Positions 12,901 to 26,345 of a stretch of 64,000 nucleotides of DNA are shown one piece after another. The position numbers and the translations under genes were made by a program. The first letter of the stretch is position 1. Every line of letters starts with the position of its first letter. The notes beneath the pieces were generated by a model. That model ran no database searches. It had not been told where the DNA came from and saw nothing but the letters and a program-made list of their open reading frames with translations. Source of the DNA: Paramecium tetraurelia (taxonomy: Eukaryota); the NCBI GenBank assembly GCA_000165425.1, contig CT868119.1, positions 310,001-374,000 on the forward strand, read 5' to 3'.

Positions 12901-13462
12901 TATTATATTTAATGAATGTTTAATTTTAATATTCCATTTTACTCTAATTGGGAATGATTTATGGACTTATATACAATAAATCTCTTTAATTATATAACTC
13001 CTATCATATCAATCAATATTAATAATTTATTATTTTATATTTAATCATAATTCCACTCAATCTGTCAATTCAAATAACATTAATTTGAATTCCCAGACCT
13101 TGTCCCTTTAAATACTATCTAATTTACTATTTACAAAAGATATTAATGATATTCACCTTCCACATTTAAGAATATATTCAATTATTATGAAATGTTAATA
13201 TTGCTTCCTATGGTAATCTGGACTAGTTTCCAATCAACGACAATTATATGTTACCTTATTAAGGGAAAAATAATATTCATTCTTTAAATAAAATTTTGAT
13301 TGATTTTAAATTAAGCATCTGTACTGAACATTCACTTCTGTAATTCTAAAGATTATCTGATTTTTAATATATATTAAGTTGTGCCAACTCACAACTGGAT
13401 TTCCAAGGTTTATATGATCATTAAATTTATATTTATTTACTCCTTGCTAATATTAAATATTA

Positions 13463-15125
13463 ATGGAAATCAGCAATAGAAAGGACATCGAGAAATTGAT
13501 TGCCTATAGTAAAAGTATCCAAGTTGGTCTCATTGAAGATGTATTTATGTGAGTTATGTGAGGATTTCAATGACCAATACACTCCCCCTGAGAAACATGT
13601 ATATGATTTAGAACCTGTTCCTGAAATAAAATTAGAAGAACTTGAGACAAATCTAAATGAAGACGAGATGCTCAAATTATTAAAACAGAATGTTCAATCT
13701 GCAAAAATGAAAGAAAGTGTAAGCAGTGAACAGGATAGTGTAGAGAGTTAGGATTCAATGGAAAGGAGATCAACTCCTCCGAAAAGAAAATAATAATAAT
13801 AATAATAAGTTCAAATCCCTATCCAAGTCCCTGTTCAGAAGAGCTAAACTACCGTTGACATGTCTGAGTTCAATAAAGTCCCTGAAGAAGTATTATAGTT
13901 TTTGGATGGAGCTAAAGGACGTAAATCCATGTTAGGGGCAGCCATAAAAAATAATAAGGGAACTAGTATGTTGTTAGCATCCCAAGGGAAACCAATTAAA
14001 ATTTACTTTTTTAATACTCAACAGCACATTCAAATCATTGTTGCCAAAAATACAACAGTTCTATAAGTTATAAGAATGAGCATAACAGAATATTAGAATA
14101 ACAATAATTTTGATTAGAAGTTGCTCAGATATCCCAATAATGTTGATGCCTATGAAATCAGATTTGTCGATGATGATTTTGAATTTAAAGCGGAAATGGC
14201 ATTTGGTGCGATTGATAAAAAAAAAGAAATCTTGTCCACCCAGACAAATATCTTCTCCCTTATCGAGATTAGCAATTACAAAGAACAAAAAAATGATATG
14301 TAAATCTTTGAAAAAATTAATCCCAATATGGTGTTGATGGACGTAGTGATTATTGACTAAAAACCTGAAAAGAATGTCATTACAAAAGTTCAATTAGACA
14401 AGAATTCCATTGTTGCAGATATCATCACATAAATTAGCAAGAAAAATAAATAAGTATAATAGTAATCATTGATTTTAGATCAATCAATTAAACTATCTTA
14501 TTCAATTAAATGATGATGACACTATTTTGGATCTAGATCTAAGAATGCCCGTAGTTTAATTATAGAATAAAAAAATTTAGATCAAATAGAAGACATGGGC
14601 AGATTAGGCAGAACAATAAACTATTAATACTTAAAGAAGAGATACAATCACAGAGTAGGATGATTATGTAGATGCTCCATTGAATCACATCCAAGCATTT
14701 AAATATGAGAAGTTTACTGTGGTCAAAATTAATGAAAGAGGAAAAAGGTAGGACAGAATATTAGGCATAGATCAATTCAGAATTTATAATATGAACAAAA
14801 AAGAAAATTTAGGTATCATTACATACAAATATAATCTTAGGGCTGTTTGAGAGGATGTTAACTAATAAAATAACAGGTACCAAATTTCCAGAGAGATTGA
14901 TAGAAGACATTGTGGATATTCGAATTGCTAATTAATTTTTATACATTACTTTTAGATAAGAGAGTATTTAATTGAAATATGAATATTTTAGATGACTTCA
15001 AAGAGTTGAAATTTGACACATTAGATTCTAAAATTGCCTAAAAGATTTATAAAAAGATTAATTTTATTAGAGACTTTTAGATTACAACTTAAAAAGTTAG
15101 AACTTATAGTTAAAAATTAGATTGA
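13463..15125 (+). CDS. SIN1: SIN1/Avo1-like protein (CRIM and PH domains; TORC2 subunit)
   Basis: CRIM-like NVDAYEIRFVDDDFEFKAEMAFGAID; C-terminal PH-like YEKFTVVKINERGKRQDRILGIDQFRIYN; first intron 13541-13562. Confidence 0.72.
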
Positions 15126-15194
15126 TATTTTTATATATATGATTTAAAAATATATTTAATTCTATTTATGCTGGCAGCATCATATTATATCAAA

Positions 15195-18100
15195 TCACAT
15201 AAGTCCAAATCCTTCACAATTTTACAAAGCTATTTATAATTTCGTAATCATTTTCCCTATAGAATCATACTATGGCAATAAAAATACATTAAAACAAGTA
15301 TGTGCTGAAGGCAATTACTCAGAATCTTAATTAATATAAATAAAAACAATACTTTCTCCATGTTTTTAAATCTATAATTTTAATGATTTCAATCCACCAA
15401 CAGGTATTCTGTCAGAACCAGTGCAAAAGAACAAAAAGCGTTTTTGTTATTCCTCGTTTAAAGAACGTAGGAATGTCCAAAATTATCTAAATGTACTTAC
15501 CATAATTTATACTTAATGTATTCAGAATTCTTATCGAAACCATCATACTCTGTTGAATCCTCTAGTTCTTGTAGATTAAAATTCTTTTATCCAACTATCA
15601 ATTGTTATAATTCAGAGCCCGAAAACAATTTAATTCCATTCCCCTCCACGACTCTCCAAAATCCTTTCTTAAATGAATTAAATGGAGTTTTGATTGACTC
15701 ATTCAAATAATAATTGACGCATAATTATATATATTCGTGCTTATTCTTTTGATTAACTAGGATTTAAGATCCATTAGGCTAAATGTATGTGAAATAGATT
15801 ATACAAGCAATTCAACTACAATAATGTCATCCCAAACTGATTCAGTAATAGTAAAATTGAGTGCAAATACTTCTTCAATATTATCTTATTTGTATTCTGC
15901 AAGAGTATTCAGTCCCTTATAAACTTCTAGATCCAATTCCTTTAGGTCTTCAAAACAAGTTGGCTCATTCATCAATTTCGTAAATATTACTTATGGAAAC
16001 TGGAGATCCAAATTCACTACTTATTTTTTATATGTACCTTGATTATACAATGCCAAACCTAAGATCATTCCTATTAATTCATATTTGATTGGCATTTCCA
16101 TATTATGTTTATTAAACCACAAAATGGAATTATTGTTTTTTGGAAGAAACATTCCGAAATTCAAATCAAACAGCTTTTATGTCAATAACGAGAAGAACTC
16201 TCTTGCTAATCCACCCTGATCTATGCCTTGTTCCCCCTAAAATACTACTTGAAGTTTGGCCTTTAAATTAATATCATCCCTTGATAGTGCTTCCAATGCA
16301 CTTCTTACGACATCATTACGATCAATCTACAACTTTAAGAATGGTTAAAAGAGCATTAATGAGCTCTCATAATAATGTTTTTAGTTCATTCTTGAATCAA
16401 TTGCTAAGATTTCACTTTTGAATTCCAATGGTATAACCCAAGGATATTAACAAAATGTAAAATAATATCTTTCTAAATCATTTTTAATATAACTATCGAA
16501 TTAGAAGTATTCCAATTAATCACCATATTTGGGATATAATTTAGCAATTTCTGCTATTTAAAATTTAGTTGGATTTAATCTTTTAACAATTAAGTTAGAT
16601 CTATAAAATACTTGTAAAAGTTCAAGCATCAATTGAACATATTGGATTTCAGATTTTTTTAGTAATTAAATTTATTTTATAGATTCTTTTTTCAAAAATG
16701 TTCCAACTATCTCTGTAATAGTCTATATGTATCTGATAAAATATTCATCAGGCAAAATTGTTAGATAATTGGATAATAGATTCTTATCTTCCGCATTCAT
16801 AGTCAAAAATGCTTCTAAAATTCTATTCTGCTCTTAATGTAAAAAAACATTAAATTATTTGAAATGCATAATTATTATAATTGATCTCACAAAATAAATA
16901 TTTTATTTTTAGTTTGCAATCAAATTGTTCACCCATTATCCAAGGATTTTCACATTTATTACATTATTCACCTATTAAATAACTTATAAATTCAATTCAG
17001 GATTTAGATTATTGTAATTAATCACATCATAACAATTATTAAAGTTAAGAATGAACGATGCCCCAAAACTATTCGGAAAATTAGATAATGCACCTAAAGC
17101 AACAACAATATCACCCTCAAATTATTAAATTGGTTTTTATTCTATAACTTAATTCCAACATACATTATTCCAATCTATAGTGTCTTCCTTAAATTATTGT
17201 ATTAGGAATTGCTACAGAGTTTTCTTATCAAACCCAATTTATGAAAATATTGGATTACTTTTACAATAATCTTTATCACAAATGAATTTACCACATCCTT
17301 TGGATGCTTTTTCATACAAATGTTTAAACTATTCAGAACAAGCAATCTAAATTAGGAGATATCATACTTTCATCTCTAAAATATCATATTGCCATTTTCC
17401 ATCTGTTTGAATATCAATAAATATTAGATCAGCTTTACAATCGCCAACCTTAAGATTTTCATCCAAAATTTCTCCATTGAAACGTCCCTAGTGCTCCTCC
17501 AACTATTTAATTGCATAATCTCCTTAGAAATACTTGTGTTTCCACAGTCTTATCTTTTCAACTTTAATTTGGAATTCATTTTTCACTGCTGCACTTAACA
17601 ACTAAATCCAATTTTTAATGAGGCAAGTTTCATCTACTTACAGAATTCCTCTTTTTGGATTTTGAACATTGATGTAAACAGATTGCTAATTTAATCATTT
17701 TAAATTACTCTTAGTAAATTCACATTTGATAATTGAACACCTTATTTATTGAAATGGACTAATCTTGCTATCTTCAAATCTGCACCATACTCATTTTCCC
17801 AAAAATTAATCATTTCTTTATTGACCTGTTATAATAAGGATAAATAATCTACTAAAACATAATCTTCAGGCTGTAATTTGATTATTTTCTAATTAAAGGC
17901 ATGATCCCTTGGATATTTTAATAGAAAATTCTCATTTGAAATTAATTCGCTATTTAATGCTCCAGGCTAATTAAATGAGTATGCCTCATACTTTATCTCT
18001 ATGTTAGTTTGGAGCAATCCCTTCGATATACTCTACGTAGTATTTCCATTATCGAAGCCATTATTTTGAAACAACATACAATTCTTAACCTTAATTTTTT

Positions 18101-18208
18101 ATTGCTTTCAAACTCTTAGATCACATCAATATTTACCCTTCTTGTCTTAGAATAAAGTTCTATCTCTTTTAAAAAAGGATCATACTTGAGTTCTACTTAT
18201 GAAAGCAT
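15195..18208 (-). CDS. HECT E3 ubiquitin ligase (UBE3A/E6AP-like) with N-terminal DUSP-UBL and AZUL-like zinc finger
   Basis: HECT motifs FQGEQGIDQGGLAREFF and LPSAHTCFN, C-terminus EGFGLM; KGCGKFICDKDYCKSNP zinc finger; DUSP-like YVVSKQWLRQWKYYV...PGALN...DYVLV...EYG; one continuous frame after removing 21-27 nt introns. Confidence 0.9.
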
Positions 18209-18964
18209 TTAATAAATATCGGTATAATTATATAATGAATATAAATTAAATGATATATTCTCTCTCCACATCCTCTTAACTCCATATTCCTTCTCGAAAA
18301 ATCAAATTAATATTTTGTAAATTATCTAGAAAATTTATTATGGAATTAAGCCAACTCTCTCTTTAATCAAATTTTGATTTCTCTTTTTGATATAAACTAA
18401 TTATCCAATTGAACTGTTACAAACTCAAATTCAATATAGATTTATTTAATTTGCATTTCAAAAAGAATCCATTCTTAAATAACATTACTTTTATATAGAG
18501 CCAATATAAATTTTATTTGAATTATTAAATTACAATTATCGTTTTTGACCTCTTCATATTATATATTTATTTCAAACCTTAAATATACTCCAATGTTTAC
18601 AATTTATAAATATATTGATTTTATTTTCATACAAACATATTTATAATTACTACTTAGCTTCAATAATTTAAAATTTTTAATTTTTTAATTTCATCTGTTA
18701 AAGCAAGAATTATAGCTCTATAGCTAGAGGTTTGAATTATATTTATAGTGCATTCATTCATTTTTGACTTATATAGTTATTTAAAGGGTTAATATTAAGC
18801 TTTTCTTAGTGTTTATCTATAAAAATTATGGTTATCGTTATTAATTGTCAATATTGTTCAATTCATTTTGGAAACAATTATAATTAATTATAAATATAAA
18901 AAGATGTGTTATTATAAAAATTAAATAAAAAAGAGCATTAACAAATATGAATTAATCTAAATCA

Positions 18965-19392
18965 TCAATGAAATTTTCTGATTTTTTTTGAAATACCAGG
19001 TTCATTAATTCTTCTTTTGAATTATCTGAGAAGTTCCTGTTCCTCTTCTGACAATAAATTATCGTATGAGTAATCAAAATCATTGTTCTAATCCATTGAA
19101 TCATTATGTCTCAACAAGTTAATCAGATTTTTTATTGACTCTATTGATTCATACTGAGATAACTAATGGTCATAGAGTAGTTTCAACTCTAATTTTGATA
19201 ATGTGTGATAAGCCTCGTTAATTCGATGAAACTGATCTAATGCAAACGCACGTTATTCTCTATTTTTATCCTAATATTAGATCAATTAAATACAGGATGC
19301 CATTTTAAGGCTAATTTATGATATGCTTTCTTTATTTAGTGTTACTTTGCATCTCTCTTAATTCCTAGGATATCATAGTGATTGTCAATCAT
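18965..19392 (-). CDS. Small DnaJ/J-domain protein
   Basis: MIDNHYDILGIKRDA...IKKAYHKLALKWHP^DKN...FHRINEAYHTLS; the HPD motif is split by a 23-nt intron. Confidence 0.9.
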
Positions 19393-19590
19393 TATTATTT
19401 TACTAATTTACTAAAAGCTTCAAAATAATTATATAATATATAATAATTCGATTCTAGAATTTTCGAATTTAATTAATGAGATGCTATAGAAATTTGAGTT
19501 CCATAAGAAATCAAATTAGGCTTCTCAATAGTCTGAATGCCACCTTATTAACTAATGCTGATATATAAATATATATAAAGAAGATAAAAC

Positions 19591-21596
19591 TCATTTTAGT
19601 GACTATTAATTGGATAACATTTCATCTTACGGTTCTTAAGATGAAGCGTCGGTCTAATTTTTTACATTTAACTTTTAAACTATATATTCAATCAATAATG
19701 CCATAGTGACATTAAGGGTGAACAATACTACAACAATATAAAAACTAATGAAAAATATGTAAACTAAATCAGTATTAAATATTTTGGCATAGTTATAAGA
19801 TATTACATTCCAATTATTTATTATTAATAAAAACCAGCATGTGCACATTCCAGATAAAAAATCATTAAAGTTAGCTAATTCATAATGAACTTAATTTTCA
19901 TCAGAAAAGAAGATTCTTCCTCCAAAAAGTAATTGTCCAACAGCTGTAAACAGCATAAACAAGATAAATAATGCCCCAAACAATTAGACTATATACTAAA
20001 AGGTGGATGTTATGGAAATTATCAACACTGTAAAGCTTTTATTCTTTAATAGCCATCGGCATCCCCTCAATAATCTATAACACAATAAAACTAGCAAAAT
20101 CTTCTGATCATGATATCCAAGCATGTTTAAGATAATTAAAAATAGTATCGAACTGGAGAAAATAAATTCAATAATTAAAGATTTTTTTCTCCAAATCCTC
20201 CTTTTACCAGTATAATATATTAATAAGAGGCATTCTCCAAACATTATTGAATTGCAAATTAGTAAAATCCATAATTTCACATTAGTAATCGTGAAAAATA
20301 TCATAATAAATGATAATGTGGAAATTATTTCAATAAAAATCTCATAAAATCTATTATCTAAAATTTAGTAAATTGATCTTGATATTTCATTATCTAATGA
20401 AGATAGGTCTGCTAATCGTGTTATGTCTGATCCTGTCCTCGTACGAAAAAACTTCTGAGTTTTAAGACTAAATCTGTGATTATACTTTGATAAAATTTAT
20501 TTAGTTTCTTTCTACATAAGATCTTTATAAGATGAATAAAAGAAGGCTAACACAAAATTTATGATTAAAGTTGTGTTTATGAATTAGAATAAAATAAAAT
20601 ATGCTACGTAACCCCTAGATTCACCATAATATGGTAAATAAATATCAGGGGAATTAACTGTTGTTTAAAGAACAAATAGAATTATTACGATACATTATTC
20701 TGGTTATGAAAAGGGAGGTTGATCTATCTAACAAATTGTGCTTTCTGATGGAACATTCTCTTTTTATTAAAAAATTGCTGAACCTAATCCAGCAAAAAAT
20801 ATTAAGGAAAAAATCATCAAGTAGTATATTTCCTTTCCCTTGTTTACTATTTAACAATAGTGAAATATTGTGGCGCGTAATGTTCGTCTAATTGGAGAAT
20901 TATTTTATTTACTTTTAAAGGACTATTAATATTGGTTTCATTAATAAACTGATATTAATTGGACTGTTATTTTCTAGTATCATCACTGTAACATCATTCA
21001 CAATAATTAAAAAGGTTATAAAGAGTTAAACTATAGCTGCTCTCTTTTTACTCTCTGATCCGAGTATTGTTGCTTTGAATACCTTAGTATAATGATTTGC
21101 AATACTTTACTCAAACAAAGATATAAAACGATCAGTATTTCAATACAGTAGTATAAACTTATTGGAAGATAAAAATTTACCATAGTTGGTAACTTTTAAC
21201 CATTATAGATACTGCAATATTCCTAAAATAACATAGATTTTACTTAATAATCAACAAAGTTACACCAAGTTGGACGCTAAAAAACTGTAATTATTAAATA
21301 TATATAAAAAAACACAGTTCTTATCATTTTTTGCCTTTTGTACTTTTACATTAATATAACAGATTAAGAGTTCTAATTGTAAGATGCTCTATCTTTGAAT
21401 ATTTTTGATTAATACTTTCTAAATGATTGCTCAGTCTATTTAATGCATAGAATGAAGCAAAGTTATTCGAATCATTATATTAATCGATATTTTGAAAATC
21501 CAACACTTTACTATTACTAAAATATGATTCTTTTGCATCATCCAAATGTTTAGCATTTTCTTCAGACTATTATGCATTTTCAATTTTTAAATTCAT
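19591..21596 (-). CDS. Two-pore channel (TPC family cation channel)
   Basis: Two hydrophobic multi-TM repeats; pore 1 LQTTVNSPDIYLPYY, pore 2 NFNDFLSGMCTCWFLLIINNWNVI; S4-like YRLLRGCRWL. Confidence 0.85.
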
Positions 21597-21922
21597 AATA
21601 AAATTTATATGAATTAGCCGAAAAACAATATTGCAAAACCAAAAATAAGAATAGACTACGTTAAAATTATATAAAAAGGAAACGAATAGTAAATCAATAC
21701 AATTTATTTTAATAAAGTATTCATAAACCTAGGACTATACAATAATTTTCATAATAATCTTACTCTACTTATTTTTATCAAGATTCACTATAACATTATT
21801 AATTCAATCTAATCATTCTTAGTTAAAATGTAGAATCAAAATTAATCGATAAGTAAAGCAATAAATTATGAAATATATAGGAATTTTATTCTATACATGT
21901 ATATATAAAATAAAACCAAATA

Positions 21923-22484
21923 TCACACTTTTTACTTTTAAATCTTGCTTATTAAAGCATCATATTTCTCTGAAATGATTTTTTTAATTCTTTAAATCCA
22001 AAATTGATATGGTTATTAGTTTTTATTATAATGATAATATAACCCATACAATAGATGTAATGAAATACTTCTTACTGCCTTATTTGTTAGGAACAATGAC
22101 AAATAGGATATTCCTAAATTTAAAGCGATAAAGAAAGCCACAGTGTGTTACTAAATATTTATATATTCTTACTATATTCTTTAGGGTAATAGCATCAATT
22201 AATTATGGCATAATGTATTATCTTAACAAAGTCTCAGGTAGTTTGCTTAATGAAGTCAATTTTTGAATATTTTCCATAAACACAGATTCTGCCTATTCCG
22301 ACTATAATATTGATTTTACTTTTTCTTTATCTTATAAAACCCACTATAAGGTATACTTGTATACCTAAACACCTATTGTGATCCAAAGGAGTAGATGGAA
22401 AATTTGATGTTGCAAACTTACATCAAAGAAGTCATTGAAAATTATGAGTATGTTTAATACTACATAAATTAGATGAATCAACAT
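21923..22484 (-). CDS. Hypothetical membrane protein, reticulon-like layout
   Basis: About 180 aa with two long hydrophobic segments separated by a polar loop and a C-terminal amphipathic stretch (KIISEKYDALISKI); one 22-nt intron. Confidence 0.55.
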
Positions 22485-22948
22485 TGATATAAATATAATA
22501 AATTAATTAATTTTACTTCTTTTCATTTTTATATTAGAGTATTTAAGAATAAAGAAAAAATATACATACTCTTCATACTTTTGAATTTCTAAATATCCTT
22601 TTATTTTAAAATTGAATCTAAGGTGTATTTTGAATTAATAGATAATATAATCAATAATCTTGTTTCTTTCAGTGAATCATATCAATTTTCTTCTTATTTT
22701 TAATAAATGAACTTTGATTGTTTACCTTTTTCAAATATATTATTTAATTAAAAGGTTATTTAAATGTAAATCAATTAAGCCATATTTATCTATAATGAAT
22801 TTTAATTATTTCTTTAAATTATGGGTACTAGTGAATTTGAGATTTAAAGAAAAATAATATTCATTTTATAAGAAAGAGATTTTAATATTTAATTCTGATA
22901 TTTTTTGTTTAATATTTTATTTGATATTAATCTAAATTTATTATAGTA

Positions 22949-23155
22949 ATGAATATTCCTAGCGAATTCAAATCTGTGACTGATTATGCTGTAATTTGTG
23001 GTAAACGTTGTCAATTATTTGAAAATTTTCTAAGAGGTAGAAAATTGAAGAATTTTGAAGATTGTTTATGTATAATCTATTATATTCTAGATAATTGTGC
23101 AGAACATGTAAAAGATAATATCTATAAATTGCAGATTGATAAATCAGATGAATGA
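22949..23155 (+). CDS. Small twin-CX3C protein (small Tim chaperone-like)
   Basis: Splicing the 21-nt GT..AG segment 23070-23090 gives 61 aa with CGKRC-X17-CLYNC. Confidence 0.6.
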   Translation: MNIPSEFKSVTDYAVICGKRCQLFENFLRGRKLKNFEDCLCIIYYILDNCAEHVKDNIYKLQIDKSDE

Positions 23156-23215
23156 ATATTATATAAATTATAATGAAGACATTCATTTTTAATCTTTTAA
23201 TTTTAATCATCTCCA

Positions 23216-23821
23216 TCAATTCTCATTAATCATTCTTTTTATTGCATTCTCGAAATTGATTTATTGTATTTTTTTATATTTTTCCCTTGTTTTCTTTTTT
23301 TAACAATTATTCTTTTAACTATTAATTGATTTCTTCAATTAATTCTCCCTTCTATTTAGTTTAATCTAAAATTTTAGTTGTTGATTCTTCAATCTATAGC
23401 TGCTTTTCCTTGATATCAAGATCAGTCACTTTATCATCTTTCATTTGATTTCAAGTAATTTATTATGAATCTCAGAATTTCAATGGTCTAGCCATGACAA
23501 ACCATCAGGAGCTAAGTCATCACGTAATTCACAATAAATCCACCTAAATTCTTCTTCAATCCTTCTATGATTACATCCCTTTTTTACCAAATTTTTCATC
23601 AATATCTACAGAATCAGTATTAACTTATTATGATTTTGTGTATCTGGGATTGTTCTTGTCCAATTCCCCAATTTCAACTGCTTACTAATTAATTATGGCA
23701 AACTCACTTTAGTATAGATTTTATGTTAAATATCCTATTTCTATTTCCCATCTTCACCAACTGATTTCTAGACTATTTCCTCTCCTCTTCTGTTATCTTT
23801 TGGGATATGTTGGTCAATCAT
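23216..23821 (-). pseudogene. SNU23: SNU23/ZMAT2 (U4/U6.U5 zinc-finger splicing factor) pseudogene
   Basis: Pieces VDIDEKFGK, DVIIEGLKKNLGGF, YCELRDDLAPDGLSWLDH*NSEIHNKLL and NQMKDDKVT lie in shifting frames. There are at least three frameshifts, one in-frame TGA, and the second zinc-ligand Cys position reads Arg. Confidence 0.72.
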
Positions 23822-24212
23822 TAAAGTATATAATATAAATTATATTATAATTATAGAACAATATTTCTAATAATTAGATGAGAAGGTTAGTATTCATAAA
23901 GTTATTTCCTTTCATTCCCAAAAGGATTTAGTATTCTAGACAAAAGACTGGTGCCTTGAATTTAAACTTAATTTGAATTCAGACTTTCTTAATAGCAAAT
24001 ATCTATTTTTTTGAAATAAATCTGATTTACATCTAAGTCAAATGTGTAATTATTATCTTAATTCATTTTTCAATACTTATTATAAAAATTTTACAATATT
24101 TTCACAACATATTTATAATATTGCTCTTTAACATAATTTGAATTCTAGTTAATAATTACAATTGGTTGTCATATTACTCAAAATAATGATTTTTAAATTG
24201 ATAAAATTAATA

Positions 24213-24893
24213 ATGCAAACTTTATTGTAGTAAAATTTATAGAAAGTTCTATAAACAATAGTTAAGGCATCAGAAACAACTAATAAATAAGTTACTTTAG
24301 TTGCCGTATCGAAAACAAAACCAGTGGAATTAATTAAAGAGGCATATGAAGGGGGACAGAAACATTTCGGAGAAAATTATGTAAATGAGCTAATTGAAAA
24401 AGCCCCATTGTTGCCTAATGATATTTCTTGGCATTTTATTGGTCATCTTCAAACCAATAAAGTTTCGACAATAATGAAGATTTAAAATCTTGAATTCATT
24501 CAATCTGTAGATAGTCTCAAATTGGCTTAAAAAATAGAAAAACATTGTGAAAAGCTTGGAAGAAATATAAATATCTTTGTCTAGATTAAATTAAGTGAAG
24601 AAGAAAGTAAGACTGGAGCAGAAATTGATGAAGCCAAGTTAATAATTTAGGAGATAATTACTAAGTTTAAATTCATCAAATTGATTGGTTTAATGACAAT
24701 AGGACCCATTGGTAATAAGGAGATTTTTTAATAATTGGTGGATTTGGCAAAAAAATTTGAGAATGAATTTAATCTGTAACCATTAAATTTGAGTATGGGA
24801 ATGAGTGGAGACTATTTAGATGCTATTAAATATGGAGCTGACTATGTGAGAGTAGGAAGTGCGATTTTTGGAGAAAGAAATGTCAAATAATGA
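24213..24893 (+). CDS. PLPBP: Pyridoxal phosphate homeostasis protein (YggS/PROSC/PLPBP)
   Basis: [55 protein letters not shown]; intronless. Confidence 0.95.
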
Positions 24894-24949
24894 AGTATGT
24901 TTTCATATTGAATAATACCACATTTATAAATAATAAATTTATTATGCTA

Positions 24950-24993
<44 letters not shown>
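24950..24993. repeat. (TTA)n microsatellite, about 14 units
   Basis: Uninterrupted ttattatta... run just downstream of PLPBP. Confidence 0.9.
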
Positions 24994-24996
<3 letters not shown>

Positions 24997-25246
24997 ACTG
25001 ATATTTAATATATAATATTAAAGTACTATAATATCGAAATTCACATCAATTGATTTTCTCCAGGTTTCTTTATTAACTTCAATCCGTATATTATCTTATT
25101 GTTATTGTTGAGGATAACACTTTAAAGTTATATAGAAAGTAAATAATTATTATAAAATGCTTTCATAATATAATTTAAAAATGTAAAAAGTAAATATTGC
25201 TGCCATCAAAAGTGACAAAGATTTTATTAATTTACTAGATGTATTA

Positions 25247-26054
25247 ATGAATCTTTTATCATATTAAGAAGGTCGGAAAAAGACATGAAAGGGACGATTA
25301 AAAATAAGATAAACAAAATACTGAAAATAGAATTTTGACAAGTAATAAGAAAAATAGCAAATAATTTTACTCTTTTTCTATCCTCCATAAAAGCAATGTG
25401 GTTGTCAAAGATCATAATAAAATAATTCTATAAACATTTCACAACAACATCAAATTGTCTGAAATTAATTCTGTCTAATTTAATGACATCCCTCTATCAG
25501 AAAGACAGACTAAAAGATCAAACATAGTTTAGAGAAACCTTTATTTTGGCCTTCATACATAGACCTAATAAACTCAAAGGTCAGAATTTCAATCAATAAA
25601 TGAAGAAGTAATTCAATCTGGATTATGTAAGACGCAAAGAAACAATAGGATGGATTAAATACAAGAAAGATTCAATAGGTATTCTTATTTTAATTTATAA
25701 AGTTGTAAAGAATACTTATCAAAAGAATAATAGAGATTGAAAATGGCGGAGGAGTAAATAGAAAAAAATTAGCTTATACTTGAAGATCTAGCTTAAGAAT
25801 TGGAGATTGTGAATAGAAATAAAGCAATTTTCAATTCTATAAAGAATTTAGATTAATAAGTATATAAAAATGAACTAAATTTTATTAACTACAGAAAAGT
25901 TACAGAGGAGTTATACGAATTTATATAATAAACTTAAATAAAGCATTTTAAGAAATAAGAATTGATTTTGCCATTTATTGAGAGTTTTAAAAATGAATTA
26001 AATTGTATGCTTATAGAATATGAATCATAAATTAAAAGAAACTAAGTAAAATGA
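25247..26054 (+). CDS. Hypothetical protein, coiled-coil-like C-terminus
   Basis: Long open frame with TAR=Gln, probable short intron near 25678-25701, TGA at 26052-26054; no motif recognised. Confidence 0.5.
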
Positions 26055-26345
26055 ATGTTAACAATTTATGCTTGTAAATTAAAATAAAATTAAATCTAAT
26101 CTTTTCTTAAAATGATTCTTTTAAACAGTATTTTTGCGACTTCAAAACTTGTATCTGAAAATTTATTTGATTAACTTAACGAAAACAAATTCCTAAACAA
26201 CTTATTTAAATTGACTTAGAATTTGAAAATAACATTGAACTGTAGTGAAACTTGCTAACAACATTGAACATTAAATTAAAATGTAGTCCAAAACTTTATT
26301 AATTAATCACTAACAGTGTGTTTTTTAGTGTAAAATAACAAAATT

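Noticed and set aside
24950..24993. (TTA)n run as a telomere or CRISPR-like repeat
   Set aside because: It is a simple microsatellite, does not match C4A2/C3A3 telomeric repeats and has no spacers.
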